From contig CAWHDP010000002.1 in the NCBI GenBank assembly GCA_963828125.1, positions 384,001 through 448,000 on the forward strand: a stretch of 64,000 bases of DNA, in the 5' to 3' direction. The notes beneath the pieces were generated by a model. It had not been told where the DNA came from. It did not search any database and saw nothing but the letters and a program-made list of their open reading frames with translations. How positions within the stretch are numbered: the stretch's first letter is position 1; every line of letters begins with the position of its first letter. This DNA is from an uncultured Chlamydiae bacterium (GTDB lineage Bacteria; Chlamydiota; Chlamydiia; Chlamydiales; SM23-39). The position numbers and the translations under genes were made by a program. Shown here piece after piece: positions 16,364-26,493 of this stretch.

Positions 16364-18864
16364 TTCATCACAATATTGAGCAGCTTATTAGGGACAAATA
16401 TCGTCTTCACGATCTCCCCTGTCAAGTGCTTTTCCATTTCGGGCTGGCTCCGGATGAGCGCCATCAACTCCCCCTCCGTTCGATCTTTCGGAAGTTCCAA
16501 TCTGCCGCGGAGTTTGCCATTGATCTGAATGACGTAGGTCGCTGTCTCATCGATGAGATACTCAGGCAAGGCGACAGGGGTGGGAGCATAAGCGATCGTC
16601 CCCTTCTCCCCCAGTTCCTCCCATAACTCTTCGGCGATATGGGGGGCAAACGGATAGAGCATCTGGACGGCCATTTTCAAGCAGCTCTTGGGGTAGGCGT
16701 CTAGCGGGATGAACGCATTTAAAAATTCCATCATCCGGGCAATCGCTGTATTAAACTGCATCGCCTCAATATCTTTTGTGACCGTATCGACGAGTCTATG
16801 GGCAAGTCTCAGCGCTGAAATATTGGGCGCGTCCACTACTTTATCGGAATAGACCGTGTCGTAAAACCGGTTTAAAAATCTCCGGCAACCGTTCACTGCA
16901 TCGGTATTCCAAAGCTTTTCTCTCTCAAACGGCCCCATAAACATCTCGTAGAGGCGGAGAGCGTCGGCGCCGAACTCTTCGATGATCTCATCGGGAGAGA
17001 CGCCGTTGAGTTTCGACTTCGACATCTTTTCCATCTGAACAGTCAGCTCTTCTCCCGTTTTCCTCGAGTAGAATTTCTCCCCCTTTTCATCGACCTCTTC
17101 GGGAGAGAGATAACCTCCCTGAGCCATTTTGAACGAACGGGCGGTCACAAGCCCTTGATTGCGGAGGGTCATGAACGGCTCGACTGTATGGACAAGGCCG
17201 CAGTCGAATAACACCTTATGCCAAAAACGGGAGTAGAGAAGGTGGAGGACTGCATGCTCGACGCCGCCGACATACATATCGACTGGCATCCAGTAGCGAT
17301 CCGCTTCAGAGCTCCACGCCTCATCTCCATTTTTCGGATCGCAAAACCTGAGATAATACCAGCAGGAGCCAGCCCATTGCGGCATGGTGTTTGTCTCACG
17401 GAGAGCCTTTTTTCCCGTCTTCGGATCGCTCACCTCAACCCAGCGTCTCATCTTGGCGAGCGGGCTCTGGCCAGTCCCCGCTGGCTTATAATCGTCCATC
17501 GCGGGGGGGACAAGGGGTAGCTCATCGAGTTCCAAAGCCCGCATCGTCCCATCTCCGAAATGGAGAATGGGGATCGGCTCGCCCCAATAGCGCTGCCTCG
17601 AAAAAAGCCAATCGCGGAGTTTGTAGCTGACCGTCCTTTTCCCCTTCGCATGTTCTTCAAGCCACCCGATCACCCTCTCTTTGGCAGCATCCAACTGCAA
17701 TCCATTTAAAAACGAGCTGTTAATGACCGTTCCGTCCCCCACCCAACATTTTTTCCCTTGAAGAACCGCTTCTCTCTCTTCCGATGAACCCGGATCGTAG
17801 ACAGGGACGACCGGAAGGCCAAATTTCTCAGCAAATTCAAAATCCCTCTCATCGCAAGCAGGGACTCCCATCACAGCGCCCGTTCCATAGCCCATGAGAA
17901 CATAATCGGCGATCCAGACGGGAATTTTATGGCCTGTGATCGGGTGATGGACAAAGCCGCCCGTCCAAACCCCCGTTTTTTCTTTAGCGAGATCGGTCCG
18001 ATCTAGATCGTTTTTGACAGCGGTCGCGTGAGAGTATTTCTCCACAGCCCCCTTCTGGGCTTCGGTCACCATCCGACCGACCCAAGGGTGCTCGGGGGCA
18101 AGGACTAAATAAGTGACCCCAAAGAGGGTATCCGGCCGCGTTGTAAATACGGTGATTCCGTCAAAGGAGACCATGGCCCCTTCGCTCCGGCCAATCCAAT
18201 TCGATTGCAGTTTTTTCAAATGGTCGGGCCAGTCGAGGAGGTCGAGATCGGCCAGGAGCCGATCCGCATAAGCAGTGATCTTCAAAACCCACTGCTTCAG
18301 CGGACGCCGCTCGACCGGGTAGCCCCCCTCTTTGGCACGGCCGTTTTCGACCTCTTCATTGGCGAGAACAGTCCCTAACGCAGGGCAAAAATTGACGTTG
18401 ATCTCCGCCTCGTAAGCGAGCCCTTTCTCAAAGAGTTTAGTAAAAATCCATTGGGTCCATTTGTAATAAAATGGGTCGCTGGTGGAAATTTCTCGATCCC
18501 AATCATAGCTAAACCCTAACGATTCGAGCTGCCGCCGATAGGTATCGATATTGGTTTTGGTCGTTATGGCTGGATGGGTGCCGGTTCGAATCGCGAATTG
18601 CTCTGCGGGCAGCCCAAAACTGTCCCATCCCATCGGATGGAGGACGTTAAACCCTTTTTGCCGCTTATAGCGGGCCAAAATATCGGTTCCCGTATAGCCG
18701 GTCACATGCCCGACATGAAGACCGGCGCCCGAAGGATAAGGAAACATATCGAGAATATAGTATTTCGGCCGGCTTGGGTCGATTTCAGATCGGAACGTCC
18801 GATTCTCTTTCCAGAATTTCTGCCACTTTTTTTCTATGGACTTAGGATCGTATTTAGGCTTCAT
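16360..18864 (-). CDS. leuS: Leucyl-tRNA synthetase
   Basis: MFPYPSGAGLHVGH, KMSKS, RDWLFSRQRYWGEP. Confidence 0.98.
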   Translation of the reverse strand: MKPKYDPKSIEKKWQKFWKENRTFRSEIDPSRPKYYILDMFPYPSGAGLHVGHVTGYTGTDILARYKRQKGFNVLHPMGWDSFGLPAEQFAIRTGTHPAITTKTNIDTYRRQLESLGFSYDWDREISTSDPFYYKWTQWIFTKLFEKGLAYEAEINVNFCPALGTVLANEEVENGRAKEGGYPVERRPLKQWVLKITAYADRLLADLDLLDWPDHLKKLQSNWIGRSEGAMVSFDGITVFTTRPDTLFGVTYLVLAPEHPWVGRMVTEAQKGAVEKYSHATAVKNDLDRTDLAKEKTGVWTGGFVHHPITGHKIPVWIADYVLMGYGTGAVMGVPACDERDFEFAEKFGLPVVPVYDPGSSEEREAVLQGKKCWVGDGTVINSSFLNGLQLDAAKERVIGWLEEHAKGKRTVSYKLRDWLFSRQRYWGEPIPILHFGDGTMRALELDELPLVPPAMDDYKPAGTGQSPLAKMRRWVEVSDPKTGKKALRETNTMPQWAGSCWYYLRFCDPKNGDEAWSSEADRYWMPVDMYVGGVEHAVLHLLYSRFWHKVLFDCGLVHTVEPFMTLRNQGLVTARSFKMAQGGYLSPEEVDEKGEKFYSRKTGEELTVQMEKMSKSKLNGVSPDEIIEEFGADALRLYEMFMGPFEREKLWNTDAVNGCRRFLNRFYDTVYSDKVVDAPNISALRLAHRLVDTVTKDIEAMQFNTAIARMMEFLNAFIPLDAYPKSCLKMAVQMLYPFAPHIAEELWEELGEKGTIAYAPTPVALPEYLIDETATYVIQINGKLRGRLELPKDRTEGELMALIRSQPEMEKHLTGEIVKTIFVPNKLLNIVMK

Positions 18865-20360
18865 GATAGAGCATTATAGGCTACGTGCCGAAAATGATCA
18901 ACCTGCCATTTTTTGTTTTGGAAAGATCCGATTTTCAGACCTTGCTCGATGGCTGTTCTGCTATCTGCGATCCAACGGATAAATTGGCGTAAGAGCCTGA
19001 GAAAACAGGCAAAGATTGGACCTAGAGTAGAGCGAATCCGCTCTCCGATATTTCCCTTGTGATAGAATTCCCGGTCTCTTTGTTTCGGAGGGATTCCCCC
19101 TTCAATCCCATACAAATAGGGCTCCTTACCCCAGACGGTGATATGCGGGTGCTGTCCTAAATTGGTCTTAGGCCCATGATATTTGATGAAATCGACATTG
19201 ACATTTTCTGGGGCGTTGTACCCAACTTGAATTTCCCCCAGATGGCTCCAATTGTCCCCTTCCGATGCGCGGATCACTAAATCAACCGGCTTTGTTTTTT
19301 TGTTGAATTTCTCTACCTCGCTCTCCGGGATGCCGGGCCCGCAGTAGAGGTAAGCCTTTTCGATATGATTCGTGTTAGCCAAGCGCCACTGGACGATGGT
19401 CGATCCCATGCTGTGGCCCGCCTCGATTTTAGGCTCAGCGAGCTTTGTCCGAATGATCGGATCATACCCCTTCCCCGATTCAAAAGCCGATTTCCCCAAA
19501 TGTTCCTCAAGATCGGTAATCACAGTAGAGATCGCGTCGATATCGCTATTGCGCGGCGAGGTGCCTCTGAACAGCCGGATCGGTTTCAGGTCGGTATCCT
19601 CTGTCGCCGGATGGAGCAGATAACTCACCATCCCTCCGCCAGACACCACCTTGGCAGAGACATAATAAAATTGCGCCATTCCATCGGAGCGCTTGGGAGC
19701 CGGAATCAAAGCCCCCACCTCCATTTCCCGTTTGATCACCCGTGCCACCATATTGTGGACAAACGTTTCGAAGGAATCGTCTGGATGCTCTTCGACCAAC
19801 GCAAGCCGCTCCCGATCGGCCAAAAACGGATCGAAGAAAAAGCGGGAGAGCCACTCGGTAGGACGCCCCGAAATAGTCCCCTCAATTTTTTTGACGTGGA
19901 ACTGATCGCCGAACGGCCGCTTTAGTTTTTCAACAGCTGCTGAGAAAATCTTCCCCGTCTCTTCTTTGCTAAAAATCGACGCCAACCACCCTTTTGGCGG
20001 GATTTTTTGAACAACTTCATTGACGTCTGCTATTGAGACGCACTCTGCCCCGATGACGATTTTCGCCACATCGCGGGAAAGGAGAGGACTCCCCTTTTTT
20101 CTCATCTGGTCGAGGTCAATCGAATAGCGCGAACAAATTCGTTGAAGGCGCTCTTCGCCGAGCGAGTCAACTAAATATTTTTTAAAACAGTCGATCGTAC
20201 GCCGGTTTTCGTCTGAATAAGAGGCGGGAGACCAGATCCAAGAGATCACCCTCAAACACCAATCCCAGAAGGAATGGGCGATGCGAAAGAGTTTATTTGG
20301 CGTAGGATGAGAATTTAAAACAAATCGGTCGCTTAAAAATCTATTTATATTCAGCTGCAT
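18861..20360 (-). CDS. Alpha/beta-hydrolase (lipase-like) domain protein with a unique N-terminal domain
   Basis: LFRGT and the GHSMG nucleophile elbow, with a later His; overlaps both ispG and leuS. Confidence 0.55.
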   Translation of the reverse strand: MQLNINRFLSDRFVLNSHPTPNKLFRIAHSFWDWCLRVISWIWSPASYSDENRRTIDCFKKYLVDSLGEERLQRICSRYSIDLDQMRKKGSPLLSRDVAKIVIGAECVSIADVNEVVQKIPPKGWLASIFSKEETGKIFSAAVEKLKRPFGDQFHVKKIEGTISGRPTEWLSRFFFDPFLADRERLALVEEHPDDSFETFVHNMVARVIKREMEVGALIPAPKRSDGMAQFYYVSAKVVSGGGMVSYLLHPATEDTDLKPIRLFRGTSPRNSDIDAISTVITDLEEHLGKSAFESGKGYDPIIRTKLAEPKIEAGHSMGSTIVQWRLANTNHIEKAYLYCGPGIPESEVEKFNKKTKPVDLVIRASEGDNWSHLGEIQVGYNAPENVNVDFIKYHGPKTNLGQHPHITVWGKEPYLYGIEGGIPPKQRDREFYHKGNIGERIRSTLGPIFACFLRLLRQFIRWIADSRTAIEQGLKIGSFQNKKWQVDHFRHVAYNALS

Positions 20361-21955
20361 GGAGACATTATATCACAACCATCGACCCATTTTCCATCCG
20401 ATTTAATCAGATCGATTAATTTTGAATCAGCATCGGCAAAGGAGATATCCCGTTCAACACAATTTTTCCCTATATATAGATCGATTTTGCCCGGTTTAGA
20501 GCCCACATAGCCGAAATCGGCGTCGGCCATTTCGCCAGGTCCGTTGACGATACAACCCATGATAGCGATTTTGACGCCCGGCAAATGGGCCGTTTTTTCC
20601 CGAATGCGGCGCGAAACGTCTTGTAGATCGAAGAGCGTCCTTCCGCAACCCGGGCACGAGATGAAGTCGGTTCGGGTCATCCGCATCCGGGCCGACTGGA
20701 GCAAATTGAGCCCGAACCGTTCCTCTTGGACGCAAACCCCCTCGGCAAGGCCGTCGCAAAGGATCGCCCCATACTCAGATCCGGCATAGATCGGAAGATC
20801 CTCCGGAGAGACCCCCTCGAAACCGATATCGACGATGAGGGGGAGAGTGACGCCATCCTGTTGGAGACGTTGGACGAGCCGCCGCGTCTCATGGACGGGA
20901 GAGATCGTTGGGCGAAAGAGGATGCATTCGTTGGGCCCGATCGGGATCCCCTCGCAATAGTACTGTCCCCCTTGTTTGATCACCACGCTCCCTTTTTCGT
21001 TGAATGGGTGCGGATAGATCACCCTCCTCTTTTCGCGCCCCTTTTCTTCAAAGGGTTCTACCCCCCTCCCCCAAGCGGTTGCCGCAAACTCAGCAAGCCG
21101 CCGACAAGGATCGATTTCGGCCCACGGATCTTCCGTCAGAGAGATCCGGATCGTATCGCCCAACCCATCTAGGAGCAAAGCCCCGATCCCCATTGCAGAC
21201 TTGAGCCGTCCATCTTCCCCCTCCCCCGCTTCAGTCACCCCCAAATGGAGCGGGTAATCCCAGCCGAGTCCAATCATCTCCGCAGAGAGCAACCGGTAAG
21301 CTTCGATCATGACCACCGGATTGCTCGCCTTCATCGAAAAACAAAAATCGTGAAACTCATACTTCCTACAGACCCTCGCAAATTCAAGAGCCGATTCCAC
21401 CATCCCTCGCGGGCTATCGCCATACCGATTCATAATCCGATCGGACAAAGAGCCGTGATTCGTCCCGATCCGGATCGCTTTTTTAAGCCTTTTGCACTTT
21501 TCGACAAGAGGGGCGAAACCCTCCTCAATTTTGACCAACTCCCTCTCATAGGCCGCCTCGTCGTATTCGATCACCTTGAAAGAGGCCCGCTTATCAATGA
21601 AATTGCCCGGATTGACCCGCACCTTGTCGGCAAACTCCGTCACTAAAAGGGCGGCCGGCGGGTAAAAATGGATATCGGCCACAAGCGGAATCGAATAGCC
21701 CCGTTTGAGAAGTCCGTTTTTGATCCCCTCGCAGCTTTCCGCCTCTTTTTTCCCCTGGACAGTAACCCGAGCGATTTCACACCCCGCATCGGCCAGCCGG
21801 ACGATCTGGTCAATTGTCGCCTCGACGTCGCGCGTATTGGAGGTGGTCATCGATTGGATCCGGATCGGGTTAGCCCCGCCAATCCCAATGGGGCCAATTT
21901 TCACCTCGCGCGTCCTCAACCGTTGGGTTCTGTAAATCGATTCGCAATATTTCAT
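20351..21955 (-). CDS. ispG: HMBPP synthase with a central insertion domain
   Basis: IQSMTT, LVADIHF, RIGTNHGSLS, LHLGVTEAG, SCPGCGR, IMGCIVNGPGE. Confidence 0.96.
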   Translation of the reverse strand: MKYCESIYRTQRLRTREVKIGPIGIGGANPIRIQSMTTSNTRDVEATIDQIVRLADAGCEIARVTVQGKKEAESCEGIKNGLLKRGYSIPLVADIHFYPPAALLVTEFADKVRVNPGNFIDKRASFKVIEYDEAAYERELVKIEEGFAPLVEKCKRLKKAIRIGTNHGSLSDRIMNRYGDSPRGMVESALEFARVCRKYEFHDFCFSMKASNPVVMIEAYRLLSAEMIGLGWDYPLHLGVTEAGEGEDGRLKSAMGIGALLLDGLGDTIRISLTEDPWAEIDPCRRLAEFAATAWGRGVEPFEEKGREKRRVIYPHPFNEKGSVVIKQGGQYYCEGIPIGPNECILFRPTISPVHETRRLVQRLQQDGVTLPLIVDIGFEGVSPEDLPIYAGSEYGAILCDGLAEGVCVQEERFGLNLLQSARMRMTRTDFISCPGCGRTLFDLQDVSRRIREKTAHLPGVKIAIMGCIVNGPGEMADADFGYVGSKPGKIDLYIGKNCVERDISFADADSKLIDLIKSDGKWVDGCDIMSPCS

Positions 21956-22198
21956 TGAGGCCAGTATACAAGATGGCTGAAAAAAGAGAAAATATTCACT
22001 TTTCCCTTGCGATGATTCCGTACAAGACATAGAATTCTCCGGAAAAAAATCGGAGTATGAATATCATGCAGTTAAATTCCCCTTAAATAATTGTTCGCGA
22101 GCTCCCGCTTTTCGCGGGAGCTGCTGTTCTTTCAGCAGCTCCCTTGACAGTTGTGCATCGAATCCTTTATTTTTGCTTGAAATGTGAGGTATGTCTTT

Positions 22199-23338
22199 AT
22201 GAAAGCGGTCATTTCCAAAATCGATCTCGTCCACCTAATCGGTAAAATCCAAAGCATTGTTGCTGTGAAGCCTGCCATTCCGATCCTTGCCAATCTCCTG
22301 CTCGAAGCCATCGACGATCAGCTCATCGTCAGCGGAACCGATTTCACCGTCAGTATGCGGATGTATGTCGATGCAAAAGTGATCGAAGAGGGCGCCATTG
22401 CCCTCCCCGCCCGCCGCTTTTTTCAACTCGTCCGGGAACTCACCTCTCCGCAAGTAAAGATCAGCGCCCAGACGAACGAAATCGCCGAAATCACAACCGG
22501 AACCTCGGTGTTTAAAATCAACGGAATGAACAAAGCCGAGTTCCCTGCCCTCCCCGATCTAACAGGCTCTCCTGAAATTGTCCTCCCAAGCTCCAATTTA
22601 AAAGAGATGCTCTCAAAAACCGCTTTTTCAGCCGCGCGGGAGGACAGTCGCTATATGCTCAATGGAGTCCAAGTCCAAATCAACGCTCAGAAAGCTACAT
22701 TCATCGGCACGGATGGAAAGCGGCTCGCTAAGGCGTCGGCCTCTGTGGCCATCGATCCATCGATCGGAGGAGCCTACGTCATCCCCCTCAAAGCGGTCGA
22801 AGAAATGATCAAAATGCTCGACGATAGCGACACGGCAGTCCACTTAAGCCTCGCTCACGATAAGATCTCTCTCGAATCGGGTTCCCTCACTTTGATCGCC
22901 AAACTCCTCTCGGGCCAGTACCCAGATGTCGAACGGGTTATTCCTGCAAGCGTCTCCCAAAGCTTCTCGATCCACCGCGAAGAGCTGATGTCCCTTTTAA
23001 GACAAGTCTCCCTATTCACCTCGGAAAATAGCAGCTCTGTCCGCTTTAGTTTCGAAACAGGGCAGCTTTTCCTCGCAGCCATGAGCAGCGAAATCGGAGA
23101 GGGACGCGTCAGCATGCCAGTCGATTACGCAGGACCCAAACTCGAGATCGCCTTCAACCCCTATTTTTTCCTGGACATCTTACGCCACACCAAAGACGAG
23201 ACATTCCGTTTTGGACTCAACGATGCTCACAATCCAGGCCTGATCACCGATTCGACGCAAGCCCTCTTTGTGATCATGCCAATGCGCCTCAACGACGCTC
23301 CGGCGCCCCGCAAAGAAGCTGCCGCCAGTGTTTCTTAA
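22199..23338 (+). CDS. dnaN: DNA polymerase III beta sliding clamp
   Basis: PAIPILAN, GTDGKRLA, YPDVERVIP, IAFNP, VIMPMRL. Confidence 0.97.
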   Translation: MKAVISKIDLVHLIGKIQSIVAVKPAIPILANLLLEAIDDQLIVSGTDFTVSMRMYVDAKVIEEGAIALPARRFFQLVRELTSPQVKISAQTNEIAEITTGTSVFKINGMNKAEFPALPDLTGSPEIVLPSSNLKEMLSKTAFSAAREDSRYMLNGVQVQINAQKATFIGTDGKRLAKASASVAIDPSIGGAYVIPLKAVEEMIKMLDDSDTAVHLSLAHDKISLESGSLTLIAKLLSGQYPDVERVIPASVSQSFSIHREELMSLLRQVSLFTSENSSSVRFSFETGQLFLAAMSSEIGEGRVSMPVDYAGPKLEIAFNPYFFLDILRHTKDETFRFGLNDAHNPGLITDSTQALFVIMPMRLNDAPAPRKEAAASVS

Positions 23339-24386
23339 GAGTCTTTATTTGCGCAACTTCCGCAATTACCAAGAAGCGGAGGTTCACTTTAGCGAAAAGC
23401 TAAACGTCTTATACGGCGACAATGCGCAAGGGAAAACCAACCTGCTCGAAGCGATCTACCTGATCGCAACGGGAAGATCGTTCCGGAGCCAATCTCTCTC
23501 CGAGCTGATCCGCGCAGGCGAGTCGTTCTTTTTCCTCGAGGCTGAAATCGTCCGAGACGGGGTGCTGCAGAGGATTCAGATCTCGTTCGATGAGGAACGC
23601 CGGCGCGTCCAGTTGGACTCCAACAGCTACCCCTCCTTCCATCCCCTCCTCGGCATCCTCCCCTCCGTTTTATACACCCCTTACGACATCGAACTCATCG
23701 CCGGCTCCCCCAGTGAACGGCGTCGCTTCCTCAACCTCCACTTGGCCCAAAGCGATCCGCTCTACGTGCATCATCTCACTCGCTTCTGGCGAGCCATGAA
23801 ACAGCGGAACTGCCTCCTCAAAGCCAAGCAGAAAGAGAGCCTCGATTGCTGGGAAAGGGAAATGGCTGGCTCCGCCGAATACATCGGCAAGGCGCGGCAA
23901 GAGATGATTGGGGAACTGAAAGCGCCCCTGGAGAGGCAAAGTAAACGTTTGACAACCGAAAAAGAGACGCACGAAATTCAGCTCCATGTGTCGGCAGGCA
24001 AAAATTACCTGCAACAGCTGCAAAAAAATCGGAACCGCGAAATGGAGCTCGGAGTCACTCTCACCGGCCCGCACCGCGACGACCTCTCGATTTTAATCGA
24101 CGGGAAGCAGGCGCGCCTATTTGCAAGCGAAGGACAAAAGAAAACGGCTATCGCCGCACTCCGGCTCGCCGAATGGGAACGGCTCTCCCAACGGATCGAG
24201 ACTCTCCCGCTCATGAGCTTCGATGATCTGGGGCCGCATTTAGACGATACAAGACAAAAATGGCTCCGCAACTCACTCGATGCGCTCGGCCAAGTCTTCA
24301 TCACCACGCCCCACATCCCTAAAGATGAGGGGCGGCATATTCATATTCATAAGGGAAACGTGACCTCGACTGCGTACATTTTTTGA
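23328..24386 (+). CDS. recF: DNA replication/repair protein RecF
   Basis: NFRNY, GDNAQGKTNLLEA, GPHRDDL, SEGQKK. Confidence 0.96.
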   Translation: MFLKSLYLRNFRNYQEAEVHFSEKLNVLYGDNAQGKTNLLEAIYLIATGRSFRSQSLSELIRAGESFFFLEAEIVRDGVLQRIQISFDEERRRVQLDSNSYPSFHPLLGILPSVLYTPYDIELIAGSPSERRRFLNLHLAQSDPLYVHHLTRFWRAMKQRNCLLKAKQKESLDCWEREMAGSAEYIGKARQEMIGELKAPLERQSKRLTTEKETHEIQLHVSAGKNYLQQLQKNRNREMELGVTLTGPHRDDLSILIDGKQARLFASEGQKKTAIAALRLAEWERLSQRIETLPLMSFDDLGPHLDDTRQKWLRNSLDALGQVFITTPHIPKDEGRHIHIHKGNVTSTAYIF

Positions 24387-24397
24387 CGGCGCCTCCC

Positions 24398-24769
24398 TCA
24401 GATCTGAGCCTCCGCACAATTTCTTAGCATCCTTTTCAATATGGGTTGTGAATTTCTCATGCGCGCGATCTGCGCATCTCCGAGGATACGTAGCGCCTGA
24501 CCGGATTGTAAAAAGAACGGATCCACCGATTTATAGTCATCTTCCTTGCCAATTCCATGCCGATGCATAAGGTTCTCCCAATGTGCAATCTGTCCGTCCA
24601 CGAAGGTTCCCACTTGTCGATCAAGCAGAGATAGCTGTATTTGTTGATTCGCAAAATGTTCAGCTACGAGCTCAGCAATCGCGCCGAAATCAACATTCCA
24701 CTGTCCGCTGTTGCGAAAATGATTACATATTTCTATTCCTGCTGGAAAATATCGTATTTTTTCTATCAT
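24398..24769 (-). CDS. Hypothetical protein (123 aa)
   Basis: Strong AGGAGG RBS; lower GC than the flanking genes. Confidence 0.5.
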   Translation of the reverse strand: MIEKIRYFPAGIEICNHFRNSGQWNVDFGAIAELVAEHFANQQIQLSLLDRQVGTFVDGQIAHWENLMHRHGIGKEDDYKSVDPFFLQSGQALRILGDAQIARMRNSQPILKRMLRNCAEAQI

Positions 24770-24868
24770 AAAATATCCCTCCTATTGTCTTCCAAACGGC
24801 CAATATCCAGTTGGAAGAGCGAAGAGTCTATCAAAAAAAGTGAATTTATACAACCATCGGCCAATCAT

Positions 24869-26419
24869 TCACCTATGCAACATCCTCAAATAGGCTTCAC
24901 CGAGAGGGAAATCCTCTTTTTTCCCAGCGAAAAGCCCTAGCATTTTGCTTGCAAGCTGCTTCCCTAGCTGAACCCCCTCTTGATCAAAAGAATTAATCCC
25001 CCAAATAAATCCCTGAAACGCCACTTTATTCTCATAGTAAGAGAGGAGGGCTCCGAGGCTATAGGGATCGAGCCGTTTTCCGAGAAGAATCCGATTGGGC
25101 CGGTTGCCGGGAAAAAATCGATTGGGGTTGCCGTTTTTTTGACCGACTGCGAGGGCAATCGATTGAGCAAAGAGATTGGAGAGGAGCTTTTGTTGGGAAG
25201 TGGTTCCTTGAATTTGGAGGTCATGCCCATATTGGTTATCGCAAAATCCGATGAATTCCAGGGGGGTGACGTCGGTCCCTTGGTGAATCCACTGATAGAA
25301 CGAATGTTGGCCGTTGGTGCCAGGTTCTCCCCAAATCAACGGGCCGGTAGAGAAGGGGACGGGATGGCCGCTTTGATCGATCCTTTTACCGTTCGACTCC
25401 ATATCGAGCTGCTGGAGATGGGCGGGAAAGCGGATGAGGGCTTGGGAATAGGGGATGATCGCGACGCTCGGATATTTAAGAAAATTTCGATTCCAGATGC
25501 CGAGAAGGGCCGATATGAGGGGGAGATTGTTTTCTGGCTTTACCGTGAGAGCGTGTAGATCCATGTCATGGGCTCCGCGGAGAATCTCTTTAAAGCCGTT
25601 GAGTCCGAGGGCAAAACCGAGCATCACGCCGCCCACCATCGAGGTTGCCGAATATCTGCCGCCGACAAAATCCCACATGTAGAAGCTCGCCAAATAGCGG
25701 GCCGGATTGTCCATGGGACTCTTCTCCCCGGTGACGGCAACAAAGCGCTCTTTCGGATCGAGTCCCCTCTCCGCCATCCGAGCCCGGACAAATTCCTCGT
25801 TCGTTAGAGTCTCGAGGGTCGATCCCGATTTGGAGACGACGACGACAAGGGTTTTTTTTAAATCCAAACCGGCGAGAACTCCGTTGGCGTCGTCGGGGTC
25901 GATGTTGGAGATGAAATGGACCCGGCGGCCGGGGCGCTGGAAAGGCTGCAGCGCTAAGGCAAGGGCTCTCGGGCCAAGATCCGAACCGCCGATTCCTATT
26001 TGGATGAGATCGGTGAATGTCCCTTCGATCTTGGCTAAAAATTTCTCGAGCTTTTGGAGTTCCTTCCCCGCCATCCGAGCTGCCTCAGAGGCTGTTTTCC
26101 CCTTCTGAGGAGTGCCGAATTGGTCGCGCATGGCCGTGTGGAGCACAGACCTATTTTCGCTCTCAACCCCCTCAATCCGGTTGATCACATCCCCCCTTTG
26201 CATCGCGGCCATCTTCTCCATCGCCCCCGCCTCTTTGGCTAGACTCAATAGATCCGCGAGGATTTGGCTATCCACCCGTTCCATGCCGTAGAGGAGACGG
26301 AAACCGACCGCCTCGATCGCCATTTTTTCAATCCGATCCGGAGTGACCGTTTGGGCCATCTCAAGGGGGCGGCCCGCTAGTGCAGTTAAAGCTTGATACG
26401 AGGGGAGTTTTTGAAACAT
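24869..26419 (-). CDS. pgi: Glucose-6-phosphate isomerase
   Basis: IGIGGSDLGP, VVSKSGSTLET, DFVGGRYS, QQLDMESNGK, INSFDQEGVQLGK. Confidence 0.97.
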   Translation of the reverse strand: MFQKLPSYQALTALAGRPLEMAQTVTPDRIEKMAIEAVGFRLLYGMERVDSQILADLLSLAKEAGAMEKMAAMQRGDVINRIEGVESENRSVLHTAMRDQFGTPQKGKTASEAARMAGKELQKLEKFLAKIEGTFTDLIQIGIGGSDLGPRALALALQPFQRPGRRVHFISNIDPDDANGVLAGLDLKKTLVVVVSKSGSTLETLTNEEFVRARMAERGLDPKERFVAVTGEKSPMDNPARYLASFYMWDFVGGRYSATSMVGGVMLGFALGLNGFKEILRGAHDMDLHALTVKPENNLPLISALLGIWNRNFLKYPSVAIIPYSQALIRFPAHLQQLDMESNGKRIDQSGHPVPFSTGPLIWGEPGTNGQHSFYQWIHQGTDVTPLEFIGFCDNQYGHDLQIQGTTSQQKLLSNLFAQSIALAVGQKNGNPNRFFPGNRPNRILLGKRLDPYSLGALLSYYENKVAFQGFIWGINSFDQEGVQLGKQLASKMLGLFAGKKEDFPLGEAYLRMLHR

Positions 26420-26493
26420 AGATCTCTCACTTTTTTCTTTTCACCATCGCAAAAAAGTTTTCGGATGACAAGTATTAATCGAATCTGCTAGAG

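Noticed and set aside
20351..21955. Long IspG as a novel fusion
   Set aside because: An inserted extra domain is already known for chlamydial and plant-type IspG
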